From NCBI GenBank assembly GCA_964617995.1, contig CAZTXD010000002.1:4862-68861 (forward strand): 64,000 nt of DNA, given 5' to 3'. Positions 51,975 to 60,564 of the stretch are shown piece after piece; the first letter of the stretch is position 1; each line of letters begins with the position of its first letter. A model generated the notes under the pieces. The model worked only from the letters and a program-made list of their open reading frames with translations, searched no databases and had not been told where the DNA came from. The DNA comes from an uncultured Acidimicrobiaceae bacterium (GTDB lineage Bacteria > Actinomycetota > Acidimicrobiia > Spongiisociales > ZC4RG35). The position numbers were made by a program, and so were the translations under genes.

Positions 51975-52008
51975 GAGAAGCCGGGCCTGCTGGCGGGCCC
52001 GGCTTCTC
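51975..52008 (+). terminator. GC-rich hairpin (13-bp perfect stem) downstream of 51223-51903
   Basis: GAGAAGCCGGGCC-TGCTGGCG-GGCCCGGCTTCTC; no U-tract (common in high-GC genomes). Confidence 0.4.
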
Positions 52009-52032
52009 GGTTCACCGAGCAGCTGGAGAGCC

Positions 52033-53199
52033 ATGGGTCTCCGGTTTCGTGGCCGGAAGTCCCGCCTGGTCGGAACCCTGGACGAACGGGAGCCTGGCCT
52101 ATCCTCACGGGCTGTGACCATCCACCACCTCGACCGAACCCAGGCACGACGCCTCGCAGTGAGAGCCCAGATGCTGGATGCCACCAGACCCACCGGTCTC
52201 GTCGAGACGGTCGAGCAACTGACCCTGCTTCAGATCGACCCCACCGCGGCGATAGCACCCAGTGCGGACCTGGTGGCCTGGAGTCGCCTCGGTGAGGCGT
52301 ATCGACCCGAGGATCTGCGACGGGCGCTGGAGGAGGAGCGCTCGCTCTACGAGTTCAACGCCTTGGTGCGGCCGATCAGCGATCTACGGCTCTATCTCGC
52401 CGACATGGCGACCTGGCCCCGTTATCGGGACGCCCGGGAGTGGCTGCAGGTCAACGACACCTTCCGGCGGGACATCCTCGACCTTCTCGGGTCGTCGGGA
52501 CCTCTGTTGTCACGCGACATCCCCGACACCAGCGTCGAGCCCTGGCGATCGACGGGTTGGACCAACGCCCGGAACGTCACCCAGATGCTGGAGTTCCTGA
52601 TGATGCGGGGCGAAGTCGCCATTGCGGGGCGGCAGGGCAGACAGAGGTTGTGGGACGTGGCGGAACGTGTCTACCCGCACGACGTCGAGGCGGTGCCTGC
52701 AGAGGAGGCGAGAAGGCTTCGTGACGAGCGGCGCCTCCGTGCGCTGGGTATCGCACGATCGAAGATGCCTGCGCAGCCGCTCGAGCCATACGACGTCGGA
52801 GAGGTGGGTGAGGCCGCGACGGTGGAAGATGTCCCGGGGGAGTGGCGGATCGACCCGGCGCTGTTGGACGGGTCATTCCGGGGGCGGACGGCTCTGCTGT
52901 CGCCCTTCGATCGGCTCATCCACGACCGGAGACGCACCGAGGAGCTATTCGAGTATGAGTACGTGCTCGAGATGTACAGGCCGGCGTCCAATCGCCGCTG
53001 GGGATACTTCGCTCTGCCGATCCTGCACGGAGACCGCCTGGTGGGGAAGCTCGACGCCAAGGCCGATCGGAAGGCGGGGGTGTTGCAGGTCAACGCGGTT
53101 CACGAGGACCCACCGTTCGACCGGGAGACGCGCTCGGGTGTGCACCAGGAGATAGAGAGCCTGGCCGAATGGCTGGGTCTGGAGCTGACCGGGCTCTGA
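52033..53199 (+). CDS. YcaQ/AlkZ-family winged-helix DNA glycosylase-like protein (DUF1006)
   Basis: 388 aa; family-typical C-terminal 'FALPILHGDRLVGKLDAKADRKAGVLQVNAVHED'; true start probably internal (about 52110). Confidence 0.6.
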   Translation: MGLRFRGRKSRLVGTLDEREPGLSSRAVTIHHLDRTQARRLAVRAQMLDATRPTGLVETVEQLTLLQIDPTAAIAPSADLVAWSRLGEAYRPEDLRRALEEERSLYEFNALVRPISDLRLYLADMATWPRYRDAREWLQVNDTFRRDILDLLGSSGPLLSRDIPDTSVEPWRSTGWTNARNVTQMLEFLMMRGEVAIAGRQGRQRLWDVAERVYPHDVEAVPAEEARRLRDERRLRALGIARSKMPAQPLEPYDVGEVGEAATVEDVPGEWRIDPALLDGSFRGRTALLSPFDRLIHDRRRTEELFEYEYVLEMYRPASNRRWGYFALPILHGDRLVGKLDAKADRKAGVLQVNAVHEDPPFDRETRSGVHQEIESLAEWLGLELTGL

Positions 53200-53322
53200 A
53201 CCGGCCGGTCAGGTACCGGTGAGTCGGGGGTTCCGTTCTCCACGATAGCTTGGATTGCCTCCATGAGATCGTTGGAGACGAGGAACGACGACTTCCTTTC
53301 GGGCAGGCTCGGCGGGGAACTG

Positions 53323-53348
53323 TTGATCAAACTGGATTGTTCGATCAA
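53323..53348. promoter_or_regulatory. AT-rich imperfect inverted repeat, candidate ArsR operator, overlapping putative promoter
   Basis: TTGATCAAAC-TGGAT-TGTTCGATCAA about 30 bp upstream of arsR-arsC fusion start; TATAGT -10-like hexamer at 53361. Confidence 0.4.
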
Positions 53349-53374
53349 CTAGGTTTGATGTATAGTCCGCTTCT

Positions 53375-54148
53375 GTGAATATGGAGGTTCGCTGCCAGGT
53401 TCCGGCACCAAGCCTTTTCCGGCTGGCTGCACACCCGGTGCGTTGGCGACTCCTCAGCGAGTTGGCGTATAGCGACCGCCAGGTGCGGGAGCTCACCACC
53501 CTGGTGGGGAAGCCGCAGAGCCTGGTTTCCTACCACCTGGGGCAGCTGCGGGCGGGCCGGCTGGTGTCGACGCGGCGCAGTTCCGCCGATGGCCGCGACG
53601 CCTACTACAGCCTCGACCTTGCCCGCTGCGGGGAGCTGCTGGCGGAAGCCGGCGGGGCGCTCCACCCCGGGCTCAGCCTCGGCCCGCCGCTAGCGGAGTT
53701 AGGAGCCGGTTCGGAGCGACGGACCCGGGTGTTGTTCTTGTGCACCGGCAACAGCACCCGTTCGCAGTTGGCCGAAGCGCTGCTCCGGCACCTCGCGGGT
53801 GACACGGTGGAGGTGGCCAGTGCGGGCAGCCATCCCAAGCCGGTGCATCCGAACGCGGTGCGGGTGATGCAGGAACGGGGGATCGATCCTGCGGGGAGCC
53901 GGTCGAAGCATCTCGGAGACTTCACCAGGCGGCGGTTCGACTACGTGATCACCCTGTGCGACAAGGTCCGGGAGGTGTGCCCAGAGTTCCCAAGAGCCCG
54001 GCGCATACACTGGAGCATCCCGGACCCAGCCCTCGAAGGGGACACCGTCGAGGAGACCTACCCGGCGTTCCAGCGGACCGCTTCAGAGATCGAAACCAGG
54101 GTTCGGTTCCTGGCCCACACGATCGGACAGCAACCTGCAAGGAGGTAA
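53375..54148 (+). CDS. ArsR-family regulator fused to low-molecular-weight phosphotyrosine-phosphatase-type arsenate reductase
   Basis: N-terminal ArsR HTH ('RELTTLVGKPQSLVSYHLGQLRAGRLV'), C-terminal LMW-PTP P-loop 'VLFLCTGNSTRS' (CX5R). Confidence 0.8.
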   Translation: MNMEVRCQVPAPSLFRLAAHPVRWRLLSELAYSDRQVRELTTLVGKPQSLVSYHLGQLRAGRLVSTRRSSADGRDAYYSLDLARCGELLAEAGGALHPGLSLGPPLAELGAGSERRTRVLFLCTGNSTRSQLAEALLRHLAGDTVEVASAGSHPKPVHPNAVRVMQERGIDPAGSRSKHLGDFTRRRFDYVITLCDKVREVCPEFPRARRIHWSIPDPALEGDTVEETYPAFQRTASEIETRVRFLAHTIGQQPARR

Positions 54149-54153
54149 GCAAC

Positions 54154-54537
54154 GTGGCTGAAGACACCGTGAATGTCCGCTATATGGTCGATGACGTCGA
54201 TACGGCCGTCGACTTCTACACGAAGCTTTTCGGCTTCACTCTCCGCTCCACCGCCGCTCCCGCTTTCGCCGACGTCGTCCGCGGCAACCTGCGCCTGCTG
54301 CTCAGCGGTCCAACCAGCTCAGCCGGGCGTCCCATGCCCGACGGTCGCACGCCCGAACCCGGTGGCTGGAACCGGATCCACTTCGTCGTGGACGACATCG
54401 AGAGCGAGGTGGAGCGTCTTCGCGCCGAGGGGGTGCGCTTCCGCAACGACATCGTCACCGGTCCGGGAGGGAAGCAGGTCCTGGTCGAGGACCCTGCCGG
54501 CAACCCGATCGAGGTCTTCCAACCTGCCAGCAGGTAA
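54154..54537 (+). CDS. VOC/glyoxalase family protein
   Basis: GTG 54154 after GGAGG; 127 aa glyoxalase-fold sequence. Confidence 0.65.
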   Translation: MAEDTVNVRYMVDDVDTAVDFYTKLFGFTLRSTAAPAFADVVRGNLRLLLSGPTSSAGRPMPDGRTPEPGGWNRIHFVVDDIESEVERLRAEGVRFRNDIVTGPGGKQVLVEDPAGNPIEVFQPASR

Positions 54538-54760
54538 CCGACCATGAGCTCAGAGAAATGGGTGGCGGGTGGTGGCACCCGGCGAGTGCTACAGCATGCG
54601 TTCGTGGACACCACGTGCCGCTCGACGGGTCGCAGTTGTGCATGCACTACTTCGACTCGCGCGGCGTGTTCCGCGTCTACAACGTGGCCGTCGACGACGA
54701 GGGGTGGCGCCTCTGGCGGGACTCACCCGGGTTCTCTCGATCAGTCCCGTCCGCATCTCG

Positions 54761-55957
54761 CTAACGGAATCGGCGGAAGAACTCGCGTATGTCCCCGACG
54801 AGCAGGCCGGGTACCTCCATGGCCGGGAAGTGGCCGCCACGGTCGAACTCGGTCCAGTGCACGATGTTGTGGGTGCGGGCGGCGAGGTGACGGATGGAAA
54901 CGGAGACCTCCCCGGGGAACACGGCCACTCCGATGGGCACGGCGGAGGGCGCGTCGCTCCGCACGAAGTCGGTATCCGTCTGATGGTGGCGGCCAGACGA
55001 GTCGGCCGCGCCTGCCATCCGGCTCAGCGTGGCGTCCTCCTTGTAGAAGCGGGCGGACGAACCCGCCGTGGCGGTCAGCCAGTACAGGGTCACATTGGTG
55101 AGGAGCCAGTCACGATCGACTGCGTCCTCGGGCACCTCATCAGAGTCGGTCCATTCCTTGAACTTCTCCACGATCCAGGCCAGCTGACCGACAGGTGAGT
55201 CGGTGAGCGCGTAAGCCACGGTCTGAGGCCGGGTGGCTTGGAGCACTGCATATCCTCGCTGGTCACGCCAGAAGCGGCCAAGATCCTGGAGGCGCTGTCG
55301 CTCGGATTCGGTGAGAGTCGCCGCCTGGTCCTTGGTCGGCGCACTGGAGAGCCCGTTGACGTGTACGCCGACGACGCGGTCGGGGTGGAGGCGACCCAAG
55401 GCAGGGGAGACCAGCGAGCCGAAGTCGCCGCCGTGGGCGCCGTATCGGTCGTACTCCAGCCGCTCCATCAGCTCGGCGAACACGACGGTGACACGGTTCA
55501 GGTCCCAACCGGTCCCATGAGTGGGCCCGGAGAAACCGAAGCCCGGTATCGAAGGCGCCACCACGTGGAAGGCATCGGCGGAGTCGCCCCCGTGTGCCCG
55601 TGGGTCGGTGAGGGGACCAATGATTTCGGAGAACTCAACGATCGACCCCGGCCAGCCGTGGATGATAACCAGCGGCAGGGCGTCGGGCTCTGCTGAGCGA
55701 ACGTGCAGGAGATGGACGTCTTGTCCGTCGATCGGGGTGGTGAACTGGGAGAACTCGTTGAGGCGGGCTTCGTGCTCTCGCCAGTCGTAGCTGGTGCGCC
55801 AATACTCGGCCAGCTCCCGCAGATAGCCGAGCGGCACTCCGTAATCCCCGCCGACCCCGGGCGGCCCGGTGGGCCAGCGCGTGCGGGCCAGGCGTTCGCG
55901 TAGGTCGTCGAGATCCGCTTCGGGGACATCGATGCGGAAGGGTCGGACCTCACTCAC
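54761..55957 (-). CDS. Epoxide hydrolase (microsomal-type, alpha/beta hydrolase with EH N-terminal domain)
   Basis: Start at VSEVRPFRIDVPEADLDDLRERL; HGWPGS oxyanion motif, GGDFGS nucleophile motif. Confidence 0.85.
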   Translation of the reverse strand: MSEVRPFRIDVPEADLDDLRERLARTRWPTGPPGVGGDYGVPLGYLRELAEYWRTSYDWREHEARLNEFSQFTTPIDGQDVHLLHVRSAEPDALPLVIIHGWPGSIVEFSEIIGPLTDPRAHGGDSADAFHVVAPSIPGFGFSGPTHGTGWDLNRVTVVFAELMERLEYDRYGAHGGDFGSLVSPALGRLHPDRVVGVHVNGLSSAPTKDQAATLTESERQRLQDLGRFWRDQRGYAVLQATRPQTVAYALTDSPVGQLAWIVEKFKEWTDSDEVPEDAVDRDWLLTNVTLYWLTATAGSSARFYKEDATLSRMAGAADSSGRHHQTDTDFVRSDAPSAVPIGVAVFPGEVSVSIRHLAARTHNIVHWTEFDRGGHFPAMEVPGLLVGDIREFFRRFR

Positions 55958-55973
55958 GGGCCACCGTCTGCAG

Positions 55974-56459
55974 TCACAGGAAGGGATCGGGGAACGTGAA
56001 TGTGCCACGCATGGCGTCGTTGAAGGCGGTGAGGGGGCGCATGAGGAAGTAAGGCCGCCATCCGCCCACCGGAGGAGTGATGCCGTATTCCTCGGCCGGG
56101 CGGAAGCCGAACCGGGAGTAGTACCCGGGAGGTATGGCGACCAGGCCGACCAGCGATTCATCGAGGGCGTCGGCGGCTCCGAGCACGGCATGCATGAGAG
56201 CCTGTCCTACACCCCGGTCACGTTCTTCAGGATCGACGCTGGGCGGTACCAGTGCCAACGCGTGGGCCGATCCGACCTGGCCCCGTGTGGCCGCGACGTG
56301 TCCGACGACGTCATCGTCTCGGTCGATGACGACGAAGGACAGGGCTGGGAGCCAGGAACTGTCGGTATGGAGCTTGTCGAAGAAGACCTCCGAGGAGACA
56401 TTGGAGAACAGGGCTTGGATCGCCTCGGTGTCGCTCGGGAGTTCGCGTCGGATGATCAT
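55974..56459 (-). CDS. GNAT family N-acetyltransferase
   Basis: 162 aa from ATG (MIIRRELP) overlapping upstream permease stop (ATGA); acetyl-CoA-binding 'RDRGVGQAL'. Confidence 0.75.
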   Translation of the reverse strand: MIIRRELPSDTEAIQALFSNVSSEVFFDKLHTDSSWLPALSFVVIDRDDDVVGHVAATRGQVGSAHALALVPPSVDPEERDRGVGQALMHAVLGAADALDESLVGLVAIPPGYYSRFGFRPAEEYGITPPVGGWRPYFLMRPLTAFNDAMRGTFTFPDPFL

Positions 56460-57220
56460 CGGTCTTCGGTGAAGCGGTAGAAGACCGTGGCGGCGGCGAA
56501 TGCGGCGATCAGCCAGCCGGCTCCGATCAGCAGCTGTCGGCCGTAGCCGGTGACGTCGTCCCCGGTGAGGGTGATCCCGCGGATGATCTCGATGAGGGCG
56601 GTGTGGGGCACGGCGTAGAGGACGATGTCGGGGAGGGCTCCGGGGAGCGCCACTATGGGGAAGAGGACACCGGAGAATCCGAACATGAGGAACGTGACGG
56701 CGGCGCCGACGTTGCTGGCCGTCTGCGGGTTGGGGGTGAGCCCGGCGATGGCGTATCCCAGCGCGATCGAGGTAATGGCCACCACCGAAATCAGGGGGAT
56801 GAGCCACAAGAGGTTCCAGGTCATCGCGATGTTCCCGCCGACCAGCCGGCCGATGGCCAGCACCAGCAGCGAAGCACCAACGCCCAGGGCCACATAAGTG
56901 GCGGACTGGACGGCAATGAACCGGAGAGGGCGCAGAGGTGTCGTGGCCAGCCGTTTGAGGATGCCGCGGGCTTTGAAGCTGGAGCCGATCGCCACGGTGA
57001 TGTCCTGTATCTGGTAGACCATCAGGAAGACGGCGAAGCCGGGGAGGACGAAGTCGAAGAATTCGATGGTTTGGTCGCCGATGCCGAAGTCGAGGTCCTC
57101 GATGAGCCCGAAGAAGGCGATATACAACGACGAGGTGATGATGGCGAAGATGACCCCGCGGGAGCGGAGCATCATCTTCCAGCTCGCACTGAACAGGGGC
57201 AGGGTCGGCGTGGTAGTCAT
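56456..57220 (-). CDS. ABC-2 transporter permease
   Basis: Start MTTTPTLPLF; 6 TM helices. Confidence 0.8.
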   Translation of the reverse strand: MTTTPTLPLFSASWKMMLRSRGVIFAIITSSLYIAFFGLIEDLDFGIGDQTIEFFDFVLPGFAVFLMVYQIQDITVAIGSSFKARGILKRLATTPLRPLRFIAVQSATYVALGVGASLLVLAIGRLVGGNIAMTWNLLWLIPLISVVAITSIALGYAIAGLTPNPQTASNVGAAVTFLMFGFSGVLFPIVALPGALPDIVLYAVPHTALIEIIRGITLTGDDVTGYGRQLLIGAGWLIAAFAAATVFYRFTEDR

Positions 57221-57228
57221 CGCGACTC

Positions 57229-57990
57229 TCATTTGACGAATCGGTAGACGCGTGTGGCCGTCACCATGAGGACCACGATCCAGATGACCGCAATGGCGAG
57301 CTCCGGTCCGAAGTCGGTCAGCGGTCGACCGTCGAGGAGGACTCCGCGCACGGTGGTGATGAGGCCGGTGTAGGGGATGAACTGAGCGATTTGTTCCAGC
57401 CAGTCGGGGAAGGCGGCGAGGGGAAACAAGGCACCGGTGAACAGGTAGAGCGGCCAATTGACTGCGGTGTCCATGGCGTTGGCATTCTGGGGGGTCTTGG
57501 TGATGCCGGCGACGGTGAACGCCACGCCGAGCCCGGTGAAAGTGACCATCACCATCACTGGAAGCACCTCCCACAGCTCTCCGCCCAGCTTGATGCTGGC
57601 GCCGAGGGCGTTTCCCACCGCCAGGAAACCGACGAGGGTGATCATCCCCAGGAGGGCACGTGGGATCACTTCCCCGACGATGAGCTGACCGGGGGTGATC
57701 GGAGTTACCGATATCCGCTTGAGCACACCGCCCGCCTTCCATGTGGAGATGGTGGCCAGGAAGGCGTGCCCGTTGCCCAGCGCCACTCCGAGCACTCCCA
57801 AGCCGGTGACCCAGAAGTCCATGATCGAGACTCCCTCCTGGCCGAACTCGAACTGGAGCTCGGAGAAGAGCCACAGCATGGCGAGTAGAACGCCGGGGAA
57901 GAGAAGCATGGTTGCCCACAGCTCGCTGGAGCGGACGACCTGTCGGGAGCTGGCCGACGCCAGACGAAGGGTGCCGACGAGGGCGGTCAT
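57229..57990 (-). CDS. ABC-2 transporter permease
   Basis: 253 aa, 6 TM; start overlaps ATPase stop. Confidence 0.8.
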   Translation of the reverse strand: MTALVGTLRLASASSRQVVRSSELWATMLLFPGVLLAMLWLFSELQFEFGQEGVSIMDFWVTGLGVLGVALGNGHAFLATISTWKAGGVLKRISVTPITPGQLIVGEVIPRALLGMITLVGFLAVGNALGASIKLGGELWEVLPVMVMVTFTGLGVAFTVAGITKTPQNANAMDTAVNWPLYLFTGALFPLAAFPDWLEQIAQFIPYTGLITTVRGVLLDGRPLTDFGPELAIAVIWIVVLMVTATRVYRFVK

Positions 57991-58952
57991 TCCCGGAGCT
58001 CCCGCCCGGTGAGACTCAGAAACACGTCCTCGAGGGTGCCGGGCACCACCTCCAGACCCCGCAGCTCGATACCACGGCCCTCCGACCAGTTGAGCAGGGA
58101 GGTGACCGCCGCTCTCGGATCGGTGACCTCCATCTTGTAGGTCGGAGGGGTCAGCGTCCCGTCACCGCTGCTGGAGACCGAGGCGACGCCAGACAGATGC
58201 GTCAACTCGGTGTTGTCGATGGGCGAGGAGGCGGCGAACTCTATGTGTCCCACCCCGTCGAGTCGGGCGATCAGGTTGCGCGGGGTGTCGATCGCCTTGA
58301 TCTGACCGTGGTCGATGATGGCCACCCGGTCGGCCAGCAGCTCGGCCTCCTCCATGTAATGGGTGGTGAGAACGATCGTCTTGCCCTCAGAGTGGTTGAG
58401 CCGGCGCAGCAGCTCCCACAGGCTGTGACGCATCTGCGGGTCGAGACCGGTGGTGGGCTCATCCAGGAAGAGGACATCGGGGTCGTTGACCAGGGCCGCC
58501 GCCACCGAGAAGCGTCGCTGCTGGCCTCCCGACAGCTGGCGGACATAGGCCTTCCCCTTTTCCTGTAGCCCGACGATGTCGAGCAGCTCGTCCGGTGGGC
58601 GTCGCTTCGGATAGAACGACCCGAACAGCTCGAGGATCTCGGTGATTGTCAGGAGGCTGAAATAGGAGGCGGCCTGGAGCTGCACTCCGATCATCCGCTT
58701 CACCTGATCGAGATCCTTCCGCGGGTCGACACCGAGCACATGGACCCGCCCCGAGTTGGGCTTGCGGATGCCTTCGATGATCTCCAGCGTGGTGGTCTTA
58801 CCCGCCCCGTTCGGGCCGAGGAACCCGAAGAACTCGCCGCGAGCCACCTCGAAGCTGATCCCATCCAGCGCCCTGAGGCTGCCGCCGCCCGGGCTGGGGT
58901 AGACCTTGACCAGGTCCCGCACCTCCACGGCAGGTGGTGAGATGGATGACAT
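57987..58952 (-). CDS. ABC transporter ATP-binding protein
   Basis: [24 protein letters not shown]. Confidence 0.9.
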   Translation of the reverse strand: MSSISPPAVEVRDLVKVYPSPGGGSLRALDGISFEVARGEFFGFLGPNGAGKTTTLEIIEGIRKPNSGRVHVLGVDPRKDLDQVKRMIGVQLQAASYFSLLTITEILELFGSFYPKRRPPDELLDIVGLQEKGKAYVRQLSGGQQRRFSVAAALVNDPDVLFLDEPTTGLDPQMRHSLWELLRRLNHSEGKTIVLTTHYMEEAELLADRVAIIDHGQIKAIDTPRNLIARLDGVGHIEFAASSPIDNTELTHLSGVASVSSSGDGTLTPPTYKMEVTDPRAAVTSLLNWSEGRGIELRGLEVVPGTLEDVFLSLTGRELRE

Positions 58953-59046
58953 TACAAAATCCTCGTACGATTGAGTCCTACACTGTAGACATGTACCATA
59001 CGTGCGGGCCGGCTAGGCTGTCAATCCCCACAATGGAGCGACTCAC

Positions 59047-59715
59047 ATGACCAGCAATACGTCCACCCGAGAGCGCCTCGACAGACGCCGAGTCCTCGAA
59101 GCCGCCCTCGAGGTGATCGACCGGGACGGTCTCGATGCGCTGACCATGCGGGCCCTGGCGGCGGACCTCAACGTCGATCCCATGACCGTCCACCACCACG
59201 CCAAGGGCAAAGACAGCCTCCTGGACGGGGTCGCCGAGCTCCTCTGGGAAGAGATCGAGCATCCTGGGCGATCACGGGACCCCAAGGACGTGCTTCGCAC
59301 GCTGGCTCACTCCACCAGAGCCCTGTTCCACCGTCACCCAGAAGCAGCGCCCCTTGTCCTCCGCTGCACCGAACTGTCCCGGTCCGAGCTGGAGCTGTGG
59401 CGGGTTTACCTAGACGCCCTCTCCGCTTCGGGTCTCGACCAGCCGGCCACGGTGCTGCGACCCGTGCTCACCTACGCCCTGGGCACCGGGTACGCAGAGG
59501 TGGCCATGCTGGGAGTCGCCTGCGAGCCGGATCGAAGTCGGAGATACACCGACCGGGAGGTGCTGGTCTACCTGGGGCAGGCCCTCCCTCCTGGGACCCC
59601 ACCCGAACTGGCGTCGGCTGCGGTGGAAATGGTCGCCGACTGCGATCCCGACCGCTGCTTCACGGATGGTCTCGAGCTGATGCTGGCCGGGCTGGCGACG
59701 AGAGGGGGCGGTTGA
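59047..59715 (+). CDS. TetR family transcriptional regulator
   Basis: HTH 'LTMRALAADLNVDPMTVHHHAKGKDSLL', TetR_C-like C-terminus. Confidence 0.85.
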   Translation: MTSNTSTRERLDRRRVLEAALEVIDRDGLDALTMRALAADLNVDPMTVHHHAKGKDSLLDGVAELLWEEIEHPGRSRDPKDVLRTLAHSTRALFHRHPEAAPLVLRCTELSRSELELWRVYLDALSASGLDQPATVLRPVLTYALGTGYAEVAMLGVACEPDRSRRYTDREVLVYLGQALPPGTPPELASAAVEMVADCDPDRCFTDGLELMLAGLATRGGG

Positions 59716-59717
59716 AG

Positions 59718-60536
59718 ATGCCCCGGGCATCGCGTGACAGTGGTCGCTCGGAGGTTGACTGCTGCTGCGAGCCGTCCGTGGCGGAAGGCAGTCAAGACAG
59801 CGTCGAGTTTGGTGATCATCGTCTCGACCCGATACAGCTGAGGGTGAGAGCGACTGCCTTCAAGCTCTTCCTCCATACGGGCCAACCGGCGCACGTGGGC
59901 TCGATAGCAGAAGCCGCCGGCGTCGACCTGGCCGCCACCATCGAGGTGCTGGGAGGGTTCACCAGAACCGGCAACGTCTCCATGACGGGGGAGCGGGTGG
60001 TGGGCATCGCCGGGTTGAGCGTCGAACCAACCAGGCATCGCATCGAACTCGAGCTCGGTAGACGGTGGACTTGGTGTGCCCTCGATGCGGTTGGGATAGT
60101 CGGTGCCATCGGCGACGGTGTCATCCACTCCGAGACCACCGACGGCCACGTTCGGCTCGAGGTCATGGGCGGTGATGTCGAGTCGAACCATCTCGCCGTG
60201 CTGGTCCCAGACGGCGATGGCATGACCTCGTCTGTCGACCAGTGGTGTCCCCTGGCCAACTTCTTCCCCACGGCCGCAGCCGCCACCGCCTGGGCGGAAG
60301 CAAACGGGGTGAAGGGCCGAGCGATACCCGTTACGACCGTCGCTCCGCAGCTGATCGAACGGTGGCGAAGGGTCCTCGACCGCGAACGGCCTGAGGCTTC
60401 TTTGGATGGGAGCGAACCGTATCCGTTCGTGCAGAACCAAAGAAGCTGGGAACCGTTCCTCCACAACCAGAGAAGGCGTGGCGAAGCTGAGCGAGATCGC
60501 TTCGGGGACCGAAGCGAGGATACGCGCCTCCCCTAA
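59718..60536 (+). CDS. merB: Organomercurial lyase (MerB) family protein with N- and C-terminal extensions
   Basis: Collinear with MerB: 'TWCALDAVG' (Cys-x-x-Asp catalytic pair), 'DQWCPLANFF' (third catalytic Cys region), 'TAAAATAWAEANG'; start could be later (about 59802). Confidence 0.65.
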   Translation: MPRASRDSGRSEVDCCCEPSVAEGSQDSVEFGDHRLDPIQLRVRATAFKLFLHTGQPAHVGSIAEAAGVDLAATIEVLGGFTRTGNVSMTGERVVGIAGLSVEPTRHRIELELGRRWTWCALDAVGIVGAIGDGVIHSETTDGHVRLEVMGGDVESNHLAVLVPDGDGMTSSVDQWCPLANFFPTAAAATAWAEANGVKGRAIPVTTVAPQLIERWRRVLDRERPEASLDGSEPYPFVQNQRSWEPFLHNQRRRGEAERDRFGDRSEDTRLP

Positions 60537-60564
60537 CCTGGGCTCCTATCCCCACGAGGAGTGT

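Noticed and set aside
58953-59046. Possible TetR operator in the ABC-operon/TetR divergent region (TACACTGTA, ACATGT).
   Set aside because: Only 4-bp arms or trivial 6-mers were found. No convincing inverted repeat comparable to the 30785-30816 site.
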